Assembly (NCBI GenBank): GCA_963727805.1
Contig: CAVSHF010000003.1
Coordinates: 1,376,001 to 1,440,000, forward strand
DNA from: an uncultured Nitrospiraceae bacterium
GTDB taxonomy: Bacteria; Nitrospirota; Thermodesulfovibrionia; Thermodesulfovibrionales; Dissulfurispiraceae
Length of the DNA stretch: 64,000 bases
Direction: 5' to 3'
Position 1 is the first letter of the stretch, and every line of letters starts with the position of its first letter. The notes below the pieces were generated by a model. It saw only the letters and a list, made by a program, of their open reading frames with translations. It searched no databases and was not told the origin of the DNA. A program made the translations under genes and the position numbers. Shown piece by piece: positions 20,122-30,166 of the stretch.

Positions 20122-20990
20122 TGCAAGGTTTTAACTTTTTCAATAAGGTACTTCCTGAATCCTGCTGCAAGTTCCTTATTTTTGAGAGCAAAATCAACCG
20201 TTGCTTTTAAATAACCGAGTTTATCCCCGGCGTCGAAGCGTCTCCCTTTTATAGGATATCCATAAATAGGTCTTTTTTTAACAAGGGTCCTCAGGGCGTC
20301 CGTAAGCTGGATCTCGCCGCCTGCACCGGGCTTCTGTTTTTCGAGTATTTCAAATATGTCCGGCGTAAGGATATACCTGCCGATTATTCCTAGGTTAGAA
20401 GGAGCCTCACCGGCCTTAGGCTTCTCGACAAGGTCCTTAATCTCGTATACCTTCCCCTTAAGAACGCCATCGATGATACCGTATCGGTGGACCTCGTCCG
20501 TCGGGACTTCCTCGACCGCGATTACCGGCGATTGTTTCTCCTCGTAAATCCGTATCATCTCTTTCAGCACCGTGGATCCAGGCTCAAGCACATCGTCGCT
20601 CAGTATGACAACAAAGGGTTCATCCCGGACGAAAGGCTTGGCACAAAGAATGGCATGTCCGAGTCCCAGGGCCTCCCGTTGGCGGATGTAGGCGAATTTG
20701 ATATACTGCAGCTTGTTAATCTCATCAAGAAGTTTCTGTTTGCCCGAATGCTTAAGCTTCTCCTCAAGCTCATAGGCCGAATCAAAATGGTCCTCGATGG
20801 CCCGTTTGTTCTTCCCTGTGATTATGATAAACTCCTCGATGCCGCAGGTTATGCATTCTTCGACACCATACTGGATCAAAGGCTTATCGACCAACGGCAT
20901 CATCTCCTTGGGGGATGCCTTGGTGGCCGGCAAAAAACGCGTGCCAAGACCAGCTGCGGGGAATATCGCTTTCTTAATAGTCATGTTCAT
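20118..20990 (-). CDS. galU: UTP--glucose-1-phosphate uridylyltransferase
   Basis: KAIFPAAGLGTRFLPATKASPKEM, GLGHA, VEKP, EIQLTD. The ORF-track extension into the tRNA is spurious. Confidence 0.96.
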   Translation of the reverse strand: MNMTIKKAIFPAAGLGTRFLPATKASPKEMMPLVDKPLIQYGVEECITCGIEEFIIITGKNKRAIEDHFDSAYELEEKLKHSGKQKLLDEINKLQYIKFAYIRQREALGLGHAILCAKPFVRDEPFVVILSDDVLEPGSTVLKEMIRIYEEKQSPVIAVEEVPTDEVHRYGIIDGVLKGKVYEIKDLVEKPKAGEAPSNLGIIGRYILTPDIFEILEKQKPGAGGEIQLTDALRTLVKKRPIYGYPIKGRRFDAGDKLGYLKATVDFALKNKELAAGFRKYLIEKVKTLQ

Positions 20991-21012
20991 AGTCCTCACT
21001 AAACAAAATATT

Positions 21013-21099
21013 TGGTGCCGGAGACGAGGGTCGAACTCGTACGATGCGAGCATCGAGGGATTTTAAGTCCCTTGCGTCTGCCAGTTCCGCCACTCCGGC
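21013..21099 (-). tRNA. tRNA-Leu(TAA)
   Basis: GCCGGAGTGGCGGAACTGGCAGACGC..CTTAAAA..long variable arm..GTTCGA..CTCCGGCACCA. Confidence 0.95.
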
Positions 21100-21253
21100 T
21101 ATAGGATAAAAACACAATAACACGGCACTGCAATAAAGACAGTTCTACTTAAGATACTAAAAACCGGACGTGCAGCGCAACCACATATCGCCAGACGGTT
21201 GTCTTATTCGTTCACGAAAAAGTAAAATAGAGTCCGTCTGCTTGACGGGCACA

Positions 21254-22033
21254 ATGAAACAGTACACTATCATACATCCCCTTTACATGGCTTTCTATTC
21301 GAAATCCCTCTACCGGGACATAACGAATAACTGGTCGACCTGGTTTTGTTTTCTCTATCTCCTCTCGCTGCTAGCCCTCTGCTGGATACCGGGAATGATC
21401 CGATTGGATGCCGATATTTCTACATACGTCGATGACGAGGCCCCCAAGTATGTAAACCAACTCCCTTCCATTGTAATATCAAAAGGTCAGGCCTCGATTG
21501 CCGAACCCCAGCCATCTATCGTGAAAGATCCGGAAAAGGGAGATCCCGTCATGATCATCGATACAACTGGACAGATCACTTCATTAGAGAATTCAAAGGC
21601 CACAATACTGGTCACTAAGACACAGTTATTTTTTAAAAACAGCCTTCAGGGCACCCGAATTATCAGTCTGTCAGAACTTGGCGATATGACTATCGACAAG
21701 GCCCTTGTTTATGATTGGCTCGAAGTTTTCTCTGAATGGTTTGCCATCCTACTATATCCCTTTGCACTGCTTTTTTCCTTCGCCTTTCGGAGCGGACAGG
21801 TCCTGATGTACGCTCTGATAGGATTGTTCTTTTCGCGGGCACTGAAGATCGGTCTCAATTATCAGGTACTGATGCGACTCGCAGCAATTTCCCTAACGCC
21901 GGTTATTATCCTCAATACGCTAATTATTTTCTTCAAGATAACTATACCGTCGCCGTGGCTCATAAATGCCATAATCACCACTGGATACCTTATCTATGCG
22001 ATCAGGGCAAGCTCATCGTCAGTTGATTCGTAA
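21254..22033 (+). CDS. DUF1189-like membrane protein
   Basis: N-terminal TM, soluble domain with IIDTTG, four C-terminal TMs. Start set to ATG 21254. Confidence 0.65.
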   Translation: MKQYTIIHPLYMAFYSKSLYRDITNNWSTWFCFLYLLSLLALCWIPGMIRLDADISTYVDDEAPKYVNQLPSIVISKGQASIAEPQPSIVKDPEKGDPVMIIDTTGQITSLENSKATILVTKTQLFFKNSLQGTRIISLSELGDMTIDKALVYDWLEVFSEWFAILLYPFALLFSFAFRSGQVLMYALIGLFFSRALKIGLNYQVLMRLAAISLTPVIILNTLIIFFKITIPSPWLINAIITTGYLIYAIRASSSSVDS

Positions 22034-22058
22034 GAATGGCCTCTAGGCTGTTTCCCTC

Positions 22059-22271
22059 CTACATCGCACCGGGCGTTATATTCCTTGTTTTCAGGTCTCT
22101 CAACTCCTTCTGAATCGGCCATTCAGTAAGGGCAAACCAGACAAATATCACGAGATTCACAATCGGTACGAACAGAAGGATCATCTGTACTCCAGAATAG
22201 CCGGCCTTCCTGAAGATCAATACCGTGAGGAAAACCCATACGATAAACCCAAGCACTGCAAATAGGCCCAT
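22059..22271 (-). CDS. Small membrane protein of unknown function
   Basis: GGAGG SD; hydrophobic helices with IFRKAG..P.VN..EWP pattern. Confidence 0.7.
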   Translation of the reverse strand: MGLFAVLGFIVWVFLTVLIFRKAGYSGVQMILLFVPIVNLVIFVWFALTEWPIQKELRDLKTRNITPGAM

Positions 22272-22298
22272 GAAACACCTCCATATTATCCGGCTCGA

Positions 22299-22664
22299 TT
22301 ATCTCCTGTTCATACCGGTGATCCAGGAGAGCAACGTGCTGACAAGACTAATCACCAGCGCACCCCAGAACGCGGGCCAGAAACCGTCGATCCCCAGCCC
22401 GAGATGCAGTGGCCCCGAAAGGACAGCCGTAACTGCGAGCATCGTCGCATTAATCACCAGGGTAAAGAGACCGAGTGTGACGATGATCAAGGGAAAAGTG
22501 AAAAGCTGTACCACCGGCTTTATCAGGGCATTGACCAGACCGAAGAGAGCGGCAATGATAAGGATCTTCCACCACTCTCCCGCAAAAGTAATGCCGTTAA
22601 TCAACCTTATAGCCGCAGCAAGCGATAGAGCATTGATGGACAACCTTAATATTACATATTGCAC
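22299..22664 (-). CDS. Phage holin family / YvlD (DUF360) membrane protein
   Basis: FGLVNALIKP..L.TFPL..TLGLFTLVINA..GFWPAFWGAL. Confidence 0.88.
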   Translation of the reverse strand: MQYVILRLSINALSLAAAIRLINGITFAGEWWKILIIAALFGLVNALIKPVVQLFTFPLIIVTLGLFTLVINATMLAVTAVLSGPLHLGLGIDGFWPAFWGALVISLVSTLLSWITGMNRR

Positions 22665-23002
22665 AATTTCTCCTTAGTTCTTTTTCTATGGTATCTAAAA
22701 TAAGTATAATATATTTCTGTAAAGCGAGCTATATAATAAAAAGTATTGTATTAGTCTCCGATACCCCCAAAGCAAAGTACGATCGCCACTCTGACTAAGT
22801 AACAGACCGTATGATTATGATAATTACTCATATTTATGTTAGATTTTCATGGTAGTAAGTTGATTGAATCTGCCTTATTTATAGATTGCCGACAATTCCA
22901 TAATTTCATGGTTACGGCGGATGTACCAGGGCCAGGATTCGGCTTCAGGTATTCCACATCATCCAATAACTTTTTTAAAGGGCAGGCGGGCGGGTCAAAG
23001 CA

Positions 23003-24373
23003 ATGCCTCATTTCAGGAAGGCATTCAAATGCTTCACAGAATGCTGTAAAGACTCCCGGGTCAATCTCTTTGAGGTCTTTCCACGCTTCAAGGCATTCTT
23101 TGCTAACAGGCTAAATCTTCTGTACGCACGTACTGCGGGCGATTTGTTTTTTACATCCCTCATCCTGATGGGTCTTTTTGGCCCTCAGGACCCAAACCGC
23201 AATATTTCCCTTTTTATATCCTGGGGCATATGGTGGACAAGTGTTGTCCTGAGCTGGTTCTTTTTTGGCAAATTGTGGTGCGGCGTTTGTCCCTTCCCCG
23301 GATTGGGCCGGCTCTTTCAAAAATATGGATTAAGCCTGAACCTCGACGTCCCTCAGTCCCTGAGAAAATTCTTTGTCCATCTCTCGGTACTCCTTCTGGG
23401 TCTAATCATCTGGGTTGAATCGGTCACGAACATGAAGGAATGGCCTGCAGGGACGGCCTATCTCCTTTTGAGCATCTTGTTTGGAGCAACACTTATGGCC
23501 ATACTTTTCAAAGGGCAAGCATGGTGCCGTCACGCATGTCCTCTCGGCAAGATCATAGGCTCCGCCGCGACGATTGCGTTAACCGAATTCAGGGCGGATC
23601 AGTCGAAGTGTAGAACCTGCAAGACCTTTGCCTGCAAGCGGGGCAGCGGTAGAAAGCCAGGGTGTCCTATCTATCTCGGCGCCATCAATGTTAAAAGTAA
23701 CTTCTACTGCCTTGTATGTGGGCATTGCGTAACGCTCTGTGAAAAGAACTCGCCGGCTATTTACCTGAGAAACCCTTTGGCTGAACTTACCTCTCATGTG
23801 GCGCTGACATCGCAGAAAACGACCTATCTTACCTATTCATATATAATCCCATTTTTTATGGGATCACAACTCGCACGTTTTACACAGCACCGTCACTGGT
23901 ATGGATTGGTAGAGGCCTTTTTCTTCAGTTCCAATCTGATCGCCTTTACGGTTCTTCTCATCTGTGGGTCTCTGTTCGTCCTAACCGTCATCCGAGTGGG
24001 AGCCACCCTTTTTATCCGAATCAAAAATGATGTCTTAGGTCTCTTTTCTCCAATGGTCCCAATCCTTGTCCCTCTGGCCTTTACCGGAGAACTCGCCTAT
24101 CGGCTTCATTACTTTCTGTCCAATGCAGGCAATCTCCTGCCTGTCCTGGGACGACAGGTCGGCATCAACATGGAGACGCTTGCGTTCACTATTCCAGGAA
24201 GCGTTATTCGTAGTCTATGTCTGGCAGCTTTGGCAGCGGGAGTGATTGCCGGAAGTTACGTGCTTCACGTCTTCTATCAGGGCAAGATAGTCGGACCTCT
24301 ATCGAAAAATAAATATATTGCCGTCTATGTATTAATATTCCTGATTTTCCTAGCTTATGTAGTGCTGTTCTAA
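23003..24373 (+). CDS. Membrane 4Fe-4S binding protein (NapH/YccM-like)
   Basis: WCGVCP and WCRHACP motifs, CxxCxxxxC, GCP and CxxCxxCxxxC ferredoxin motif, many TMs. Confidence 0.78.
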   Translation: MPHFRKAFKCFTECCKDSRVNLFEVFPRFKAFFANRLNLLYARTAGDLFFTSLILMGLFGPQDPNRNISLFISWGIWWTSVVLSWFFFGKLWCGVCPFPGLGRLFQKYGLSLNLDVPQSLRKFFVHLSVLLLGLIIWVESVTNMKEWPAGTAYLLLSILFGATLMAILFKGQAWCRHACPLGKIIGSAATIALTEFRADQSKCRTCKTFACKRGSGRKPGCPIYLGAINVKSNFYCLVCGHCVTLCEKNSPAIYLRNPLAELTSHVALTSQKTTYLTYSYIIPFFMGSQLARFTQHRHWYGLVEAFFFSSNLIAFTVLLICGSLFVLTVIRVGATLFIRIKNDVLGLFSPMVPILVPLAFTGELAYRLHYFLSNAGNLLPVLGRQVGINMETLAFTIPGSVIRSLCLAALAAGVIAGSYVLHVFYQGKIVGPLSKNKYIAVYVLIFLIFLAYVVLF

Positions 24374-25374
24374 ACGGCCGCTGGCTTCATCTTCCGCGAC
24401 ATTTCTTCGAGTACCCTGAGCTTGGATATCTCGCCAAGCCCTATCAATGTGTCTCCGGCTTTTATACTGCTGCGGGAGGTCGGATTGAACTTCATTTCAC
24501 CAGTGGCGCGCTTAATGCCGACAATAATGATTCCGAGTTCCCTGCCGATGCCGCACTGGTCAATCGACTGGCCCTCCATAATCGAGCCTGTAGGAATTGT
24601 TACTTCTTCCATCTGGAGTTCAATATTCCCTGTCTTTGTGGCGAATTCGATGAAATCAACAACAGCAGGCCGCAACACGCTGTGGGCGATCCGCAGGCCA
24701 CCAATGTGATACGGAGAAACAACCTTGTTGGCACCGGCCCGCTTCAACTTGTTTTCAGATCCCTCCTCGCCCGCCCGGGCAACAATTTGAAGGTCCGGGT
24801 TCAGTTCACGTGCGCTGAGGACTACATAAAGGTTTTCGGCGTCTGTAGGCAAAACTGATATAAGTCCCCGCGCCCTTTCGATACCTGCCTCTTTCAAAAC
24901 GTCATCATTGGTAGCATCACCCGCTATAATGAGAAGGTCGTCAGTACGCGTCGCAGCATCGAAACTTTTCTCGATAGCTACAAAGGGAACATGTTTCGCC
25001 TTCAGTTCCCTGGAGATAATCCTGCCCATCCTTCCAAACCCACACACGATATAATGGCCCTTAAGTTCTTTTATCTTCTTCTCCAATCTTTTCCTCCCGA
25101 ACAGTTCCTGAAGCTCACCCTCAAGGATTAATTTCGCGCCGGCACTGAGCGCATACAGCACTGTACCGACCCCCACCAGCAAAAGGACAATAGTGAATAT
25201 CATTCCTTTGCTAGACAACTCATGGACCTCTCTATATCCGACGGTTGTAAGCGTAATTATTGTCATATACAGGGCATCGAGGAAATTCCACCCCTCTATG
25301 AGTTGGTAGCCAGCGGTACCAAAAGCGATGACGAGGAAGATGAGTGCCAGGGCCAATATGAATCTCTTTCTCAA
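24370..25374 (-). CDS. Potassium channel protein (pore + TrkA-N/TrkA-C RCK domains)
   Basis: TLTTVGY selectivity filter, VCGFGRMG Rossmann motif, C-terminal TrkA-C. Confidence 0.92.
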   Translation of the reverse strand: MRKRFILALALIFLVIAFGTAGYQLIEGWNFLDALYMTIITLTTVGYREVHELSSKGMIFTIVLLLVGVGTVLYALSAGAKLILEGELQELFGRKRLEKKIKELKGHYIVCGFGRMGRIISRELKAKHVPFVAIEKSFDAATRTDDLLIIAGDATNDDVLKEAGIERARGLISVLPTDAENLYVVLSARELNPDLQIVARAGEEGSENKLKRAGANKVVSPYHIGGLRIAHSVLRPAVVDFIEFATKTGNIELQMEEVTIPTGSIMEGQSIDQCGIGRELGIIIVGIKRATGEMKFNPTSRSSIKAGDTLIGLGEISKLRVLEEMSRKMKPAAV

Positions 25375-25379
25375 TGCCT

Positions 25380-25862
25380 TCAGCGAGCCTCCATGTCTTT
25401 ATTGATAGCAGCGATAACAGCGTCAATCATGATTCTATGAGACCCTTCCCAGTAGACTTTACCACAATCCCCGCATTTTAAAAAAGCTTTCGCGTTCCAT
25501 AGGACATACTCGGGAACCTCTGCAAAAATAGCGCTCCTTTCAACGAGCAGAAGCTCGCCGTTACAGGAAACACAGCGTTGTGCTGAAACAACTTTACCGG
25601 ATCGAGCGCCGAAGGCCTTGAAGACTTCCTTGATCTGTTCAACGGTGTCCTGGCTCCGGATAAGAAGGCAGTCACCGGCCTTCTTCCTCCTACAGATTCC
25701 CATATCTCTCGTGAGGAGCATCCTGTTTTCCTGCTTTGCAATTCTAACGAGTTCGTTATCATCGATCAGTCGGAAGTAGAGCGTATCGTATCCCATGATC
25801 CTCAGCCATTTGGCAAGGCTGCCGAGCATAACGTCGGCTAAAAAGCGTGGGCTATCGGGCAT
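25380..25862 (-). CDS. Mut7-C RNase domain protein (DUF82)
   Basis: FLADVMLGSLAKWLRIMGYD, LLTRD, RCxxCNG, CxxCGKVYWEGSH. Confidence 0.92.
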   Translation of the reverse strand: MPDSPRFLADVMLGSLAKWLRIMGYDTLYFRLIDDNELVRIAKQENRMLLTRDMGICRRKKAGDCLLIRSQDTVEQIKEVFKAFGARSGKVVSAQRCVSCNGELLLVERSAIFAEVPEYVLWNAKAFLKCGDCGKVYWEGSHRIMIDAVIAAINKDMEAR

Positions 25863-25974
25863 GTCTCTTATCTGTGTCCGTATTCATAGTCCGTGCTTAA
25901 TGAATAGGATATCATTCATGTAATATATATACATTTAACGATGGAGAACAAGGAGCAGTTATTGCGGTCCATAA

Positions 25975-26020
25975 ACAAAACCAGGCCATGGAGCGTTCTT
26001 CAAATCGCATCCATGGCCTG
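25975..26020 (-). terminator. Rho-independent terminator after rpoC
   Basis: CAGGCCATGGA...TCCATGGCCTG inverted repeat followed on the minus strand by GTTTTGTTT. Confidence 0.75.
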
Positions 26021-26045
26021 TTATGACATTCCTGACTGCCAGAGT

Positions 26046-29000
26046 TTAGCTTTCTTCTGTCGCCGCCTTGCTTTCCTCTTCTATCTGCATAGCATAGAAG
26101 TCACCCTCAATGAACGTATCCCGATAAATTGGCATGCCAGTTCCGGCAGGAATGACCCTTCCCATTATGACGTTTTCCTTCAGTCCTTTCAACTCGTCCA
26201 CGCCACCGCTGAGTGCCGCTTCAGTAAGGACCCTGGTCGTCTCCTGGAATGATGCTGCAGAAACCCAGCTTTCGGTCGCAAGGGACGCCTTGGTGATGCC
26301 GAGGAGCAGGGGCTTTCCGTGAGCAGCTCTACCGCCCTCGCTCTTGACCCTCTCATTCTCCTCAACAAAAACCATCCTATCGACTTCGTCCCCAATGAGG
26401 AATATGCTATCGCCCGAATCCTCAATGCGAATCTTCTTCATCATCTGTCGGACAATGACTTCTATGTGTTTGTCACTTATCGAAACGCCCTGGAGCCGAT
26501 ACACCTTCTGCACTTCATCGACAAGGTAGCGCTGCAGCTCCTTAGGACCGAGTATGTCGAGTATGCTGTGAGGATTCACCGAGCCGTCCATGAGTGGCTC
26601 CCCTGCCTTAACCCAGTCGCCTTCGTGGACGGTAACATGTTTACCTTTGGGGATGAGATATTCCCTTGATTCATCACCCCCCTTGACCACAACAACACGC
26701 ATGCCTTTATGTGCACCCCTGAATTCGACAATGCCGTCGATTTCCGTAACCATAGCCTGTTCCTTCGGCCTTCTTGCCTCAAAAAGTTCCGCAACCCTCG
26801 GCAGACCACCGGTGATATCCTTCGTCTTGGTGGTTTCGCGCGGTATCTTGGCGAGGATATCTCCAGGTGCCATCTCCTCATTCCTTTCAACAAGCATATG
26901 GGCTCCGGAAGGCAGCATATACCGGGCAGGATTGTTGGAACCGGGGATCTTTCCGGTCTTGCCTGAGTTGTCTTTTATCGAAATTCTCGGCCTCATGTTG
27001 GCCGGATAATCGATGATGACCTTATGGGCCAAGCCGGTTGTTTCGTCGACCTCTTCCTTGAAGGTTACGCCTTCTACGATATCTCCGAGCGCAATCTTGC
27101 CTCCGATTTCCGTGAGAATTGGCGTTGAATAAGGGTCCCACTCGACGAGGCGCTGGTTCGCTTCGACACGTTGCTTGTCTTCGACATATATCCTTGCCCC
27201 GTAAACAAGATTATATTTTTCTTTCTCCCTTCCAGCCTTGTCGACGATTGCGATGATCGCGTTCCTGTTCAGGACCGTGATAAATCCTTCCTTGTTCTTG
27301 ACGGCGTTAAGGTCGACGAACTTCACGAAGCCAGAATTCTTGGCAGTTAGCACGGCTTGTTCGATAATTTTTGTTGCCGCGCCACCGATATGGAACGTCC
27401 TCATCGTCAGCTGTGTGCCGGGCTCTCCGATGGACTGGGCCGCTATGATACCGATGGTCTCACCTATCTCTGTGGCCTCACCCCTTGTCAGGTCGCTGCC
27501 GTAACATTTACCACAGACCCCAATCTTGCAATGACAGGTAAGCACTGAGCGGATCTTAACCCTGTCTATACCCGACTCAACAATTTTCTTCGACAGTTCA
27601 TCGTCCACCATCGTATTTCTTGCGGCTATCGTCTCATGGGTGACCGGGTCCTTAAGCGTCTCAGCGACCGTTCTTCCAAATATTCTTTCTTCAAGAGTCT
27701 GGATAATCTCGCCGCCCTCGATAAGAGCCGTGACACTGATGCCCTCCCGCGTACCACAGTCCTCTTCCATCAAAATAACATCCTGGGCAACATCGACAAG
27801 CCTTCGCGTAAGGTAACCTGCGTTAGCAGTCTTGAGTGCTGTATCCGCAAGCCCTTTACGAGCACCGTGCGTCGATATAAAGTATTGAAGCGGGGTCAGG
27901 CCTTCGCGGAAATTTGCAGTAATTGGTGTTTCAATGATCTCGCCCGACGGCTTGGCCATAAGGCCTCTCATACCCGCCAGCTGTCTGATCTGGGCCGTAC
28001 TACCTCTCGCGCCGGAGTCCGCCATCATAAAGATACTATTGAACGAGCGACTCTCCTGTAGTTCCTCCTCTGAGAGAGATTTCCCATCTTCGGCGCCGAG
28101 TTCCTTCATCATTTCGTCGGCGACCTTTTCGGTCACGTTCGCCCAGATATCAATAACCTTATTGTACCGCTCGCCTTGGGTGATAAGGCCGTCTGCATAC
28201 TGCTTGCTAACCTCCATGACCTCATCTTCAGCGTCCTTTATGAGTTCCGCTTTTTTTGTAGGAACATGCATGTCGTCGATGCAGATGGAGATTCCCGACT
28301 GAGTCGCGAAACGGAACCCTATCTTTTCAAGTTTATTCATAAAAATGACGGTTTCCCGCTTACCCACAACTTTATGTATATATTCGATCAGCTTTCCGAG
28401 CTCCTTTTTAGTAAGCTCTTTGTTGATCATTGTGAAGGGAACATTTTTGGGTAGTATCTCGCTGAAGAGCATTCTCCCGACGGTCGTTTCGACAAAGGAT
28501 CCGTTCATCTTTACCTTGACCATGGCATGGACATCGATTGCGCCGGCATCGTACGCGATTCGAACATCGTCGACATCAGCGTAAATCTTTCCCTCTCCCT
28601 TTACGCCCCTTCTCATCTTTGTCAAATAGTATATGCCGAGGACCATGTCCTGAGTCGGCAGAACAATCGGTTTCCCATTGGCAGGAGAAAGGAGGTTGTT
28701 CACTGACATCATGAGTACCCTCGCCTCGATTTGTGCTTCAAGGGAGAGCGGAACATGTACGGCCATTTGATCCCCATCGAAGTCTGCGTTGAAGGCAGTG
28801 CAGACGAGCGGATGGAGCCTTATCGCCTTGCCCTCGACGAGTATCGGATCAAAAGCTTGTATGCCGAGACGGTGAAGAGTCGGCGCTCGGTTCAGAAGAA
28901 CCGGATGTTCCTGTATCACTTCTTCAAGAGCATCCCAAACTTCGGGCTTTTCCTTCTCGACGAGTTTCTTCGCCTGCTTGATGGTTGTAGCATAGCCCTT

Positions 29001-30164
29001 TTCCTCAAGCTTGTTGAATACAAATGGTTTGAAGAGTTCCAGAGCCATCATCTTCGGAAGTCCACATTGGTTGAGGTTAAGATCAGGGCCGACGACAATG
29101 ACCGAACGACCTGAATAATCAACTCTTTTCCCCAGAAGGTTCTGCCTGAAGCGCCCCTGTTTTCCCTTGATCATATCGCTTAAAGATTTAAGCGCTCTTT
29201 TGCCTCCGGCCTTGAGGACCTTAGTTTTTTTGCTGTTATCGAAAAGAGCATCGACAGCTTCCTGCAGCATCCTTTTCTCGTTCTTTATGATAACGCTGGG
29301 GGCCTTGAGCTCCATTAGCCTCTTCAACCTGTTGTTCCTGTTGATAACGCGTCTGTAGAGATCGTTCAGGTCAGAAGTTGCAAACCTGCCACCATCAAGA
29401 GGGACAAGGGGTCTCAGGTCGGGCGGCAGGACCGGCACGATATCAAGAATCATCCAGTCAGGCCTGTTGCTTGATTTCGTGAATGCATCCACGACCCGCA
29501 GCCGTTTTGTAAGTTTTTTCTTTACGCCTAATGAGGAAACAGCATCTATTTTCTCCTTAAGTTCTTTTGCAAGGGTCGCAAGATCTACCTTTTTGAGAAG
29601 CTCCCTGATCGCCTCAGCCCCCATGCCAACCTTGAACTTAGTGCCGAATTCAGCTATCTTCTTCTTGTATTCCTCTTCGGAGAGGAGGTCCTTTTCCTTG
29701 AGCGTCGTATCTCCCGCATCGATTACAATGTAATCCTCGAAGTAGAGCACTCTCTCAAGCTGCCGCACCGTCATGTCGAGAAGCGTTCCGATTCTGCTTG
29801 GTAGTCCCCTAAGGAACCAGACATGGGCAACAGGCGTCGCAAGCTCGATGTGGCCCATGCGCTCCCTTCTCACCTTTGATTGTATGACCTCGACGCCGCA
29901 CTTGTCGCAGATGACTCCGCGGTGCTTCATGCGCTTGTATTTGCCGCAGAGACACTCCCAATCCTTAACAGGACCGAATATCTTTGCGCAGAAGAGGCCG
30001 TCATGTTCCGGCTTGAACGTACGGTAGTTGATGGTTTCAGGCTTCTTGACCTCACCATGAGACCATTCCCTTATCTTTTCGGGTGATGCAAGTTTTATCC
30101 GAATGGCATCGAAATCCCGAGGGTTCTTTGGCTTTTGAAATAGGGCGTATATGTCTTCCTGCAA
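26046..30164 (-). CDS. rpoC: RNA polymerase beta' subunit
   Basis: NADFDGD catalytic motif, N-terminal zinc finger; TTG start. Confidence 0.99.
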   Translation of the reverse strand: MQEDIYALFQKPKNPRDFDAIRIKLASPEKIREWSHGEVKKPETINYRTFKPEHDGLFCAKIFGPVKDWECLCGKYKRMKHRGVICDKCGVEVIQSKVRRERMGHIELATPVAHVWFLRGLPSRIGTLLDMTVRQLERVLYFEDYIVIDAGDTTLKEKDLLSEEEYKKKIAEFGTKFKVGMGAEAIRELLKKVDLATLAKELKEKIDAVSSLGVKKKLTKRLRVVDAFTKSSNRPDWMILDIVPVLPPDLRPLVPLDGGRFATSDLNDLYRRVINRNNRLKRLMELKAPSVIIKNEKRMLQEAVDALFDNSKKTKVLKAGGKRALKSLSDMIKGKQGRFRQNLLGKRVDYSGRSVIVVGPDLNLNQCGLPKMMALELFKPFVFNKLEEKGYATTIKQAKKLVEKEKPEVWDALEEVIQEHPVLLNRAPTLHRLGIQAFDPILVEGKAIRLHPLVCTAFNADFDGDQMAVHVPLSLEAQIEARVLMMSVNNLLSPANGKPIVLPTQDMVLGIYYLTKMRRGVKGEGKIYADVDDVRIAYDAGAIDVHAMVKVKMNGSFVETTVGRMLFSEILPKNVPFTMINKELTKKELGKLIEYIHKVVGKRETVIFMNKLEKIGFRFATQSGISICIDDMHVPTKKAELIKDAEDEVMEVSKQYADGLITQGERYNKVIDIWANVTEKVADEMMKELGAEDGKSLSEEELQESRSFNSIFMMADSGARGSTAQIRQLAGMRGLMAKPSGEIIETPITANFREGLTPLQYFISTHGARKGLADTALKTANAGYLTRRLVDVAQDVILMEEDCGTREGISVTALIEGGEIIQTLEERIFGRTVAETLKDPVTHETIAARNTMVDDELSKKIVESGIDRVKIRSVLTCHCKIGVCGKCYGSDLTRGEATEIGETIGIIAAQSIGEPGTQLTMRTFHIGGAATKIIEQAVLTAKNSGFVKFVDLNAVKNKEGFITVLNRNAIIAIVDKAGREKEKYNLVYGARIYVEDKQRVEANQRLVEWDPYSTPILTEIGGKIALGDIVEGVTFKEEVDETTGLAHKVIIDYPANMRPRISIKDNSGKTGKIPGSNNPARYMLPSGAHMLVERNEEMAPGDILAKIPRETTKTKDITGGLPRVAELFEARRPKEQAMVTEIDGIVEFRGAHKGMRVVVVKGGDESREYLIPKGKHVTVHEGDWVKAGEPLMDGSVNPHSILDILGPKELQRYLVDEVQKVYRLQGVSISDKHIEVIVRQMMKKIRIEDSGDSIFLIGDEVDRMVFVEENERVKSEGGRAAHGKPLLLGITKASLATESWVSAASFQETTRVLTEAALSGGVDELKGLKENVIMGRVIPAGTGMPIYRDTFIEGDFYAMQIEEESKAATEES

Positions 30165-30166
30165 AG

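Noticed and set aside
22299..22664. 'Phage holin' as evidence of a prophage
   Set aside because: The YvlD/DUF360 family is commonly chromosomal and there are no phage genes nearby.
21013..24373. tRNA-Leu as an integration site for the neighbouring membrane-protein genes
   Set aside because: Those genes lie on the tRNA 5' side; no integrase and no duplicated tRNA 3' end seen.
25380..25862. Mut7-C PIN-like protein as a toxin-antitoxin toxin
   Set aside because: No adjacent antitoxin-like ORF; stand-alone Mut7-C genes are common.
25941..26252. ORF 25941..26252 (+) and the many other antisense or shifted ORFs in the track (e.g. 5350..6096, 37866..38594, 39524..40327)
   Set aside because: They shadow well-supported genes and show no recognisable motifs.
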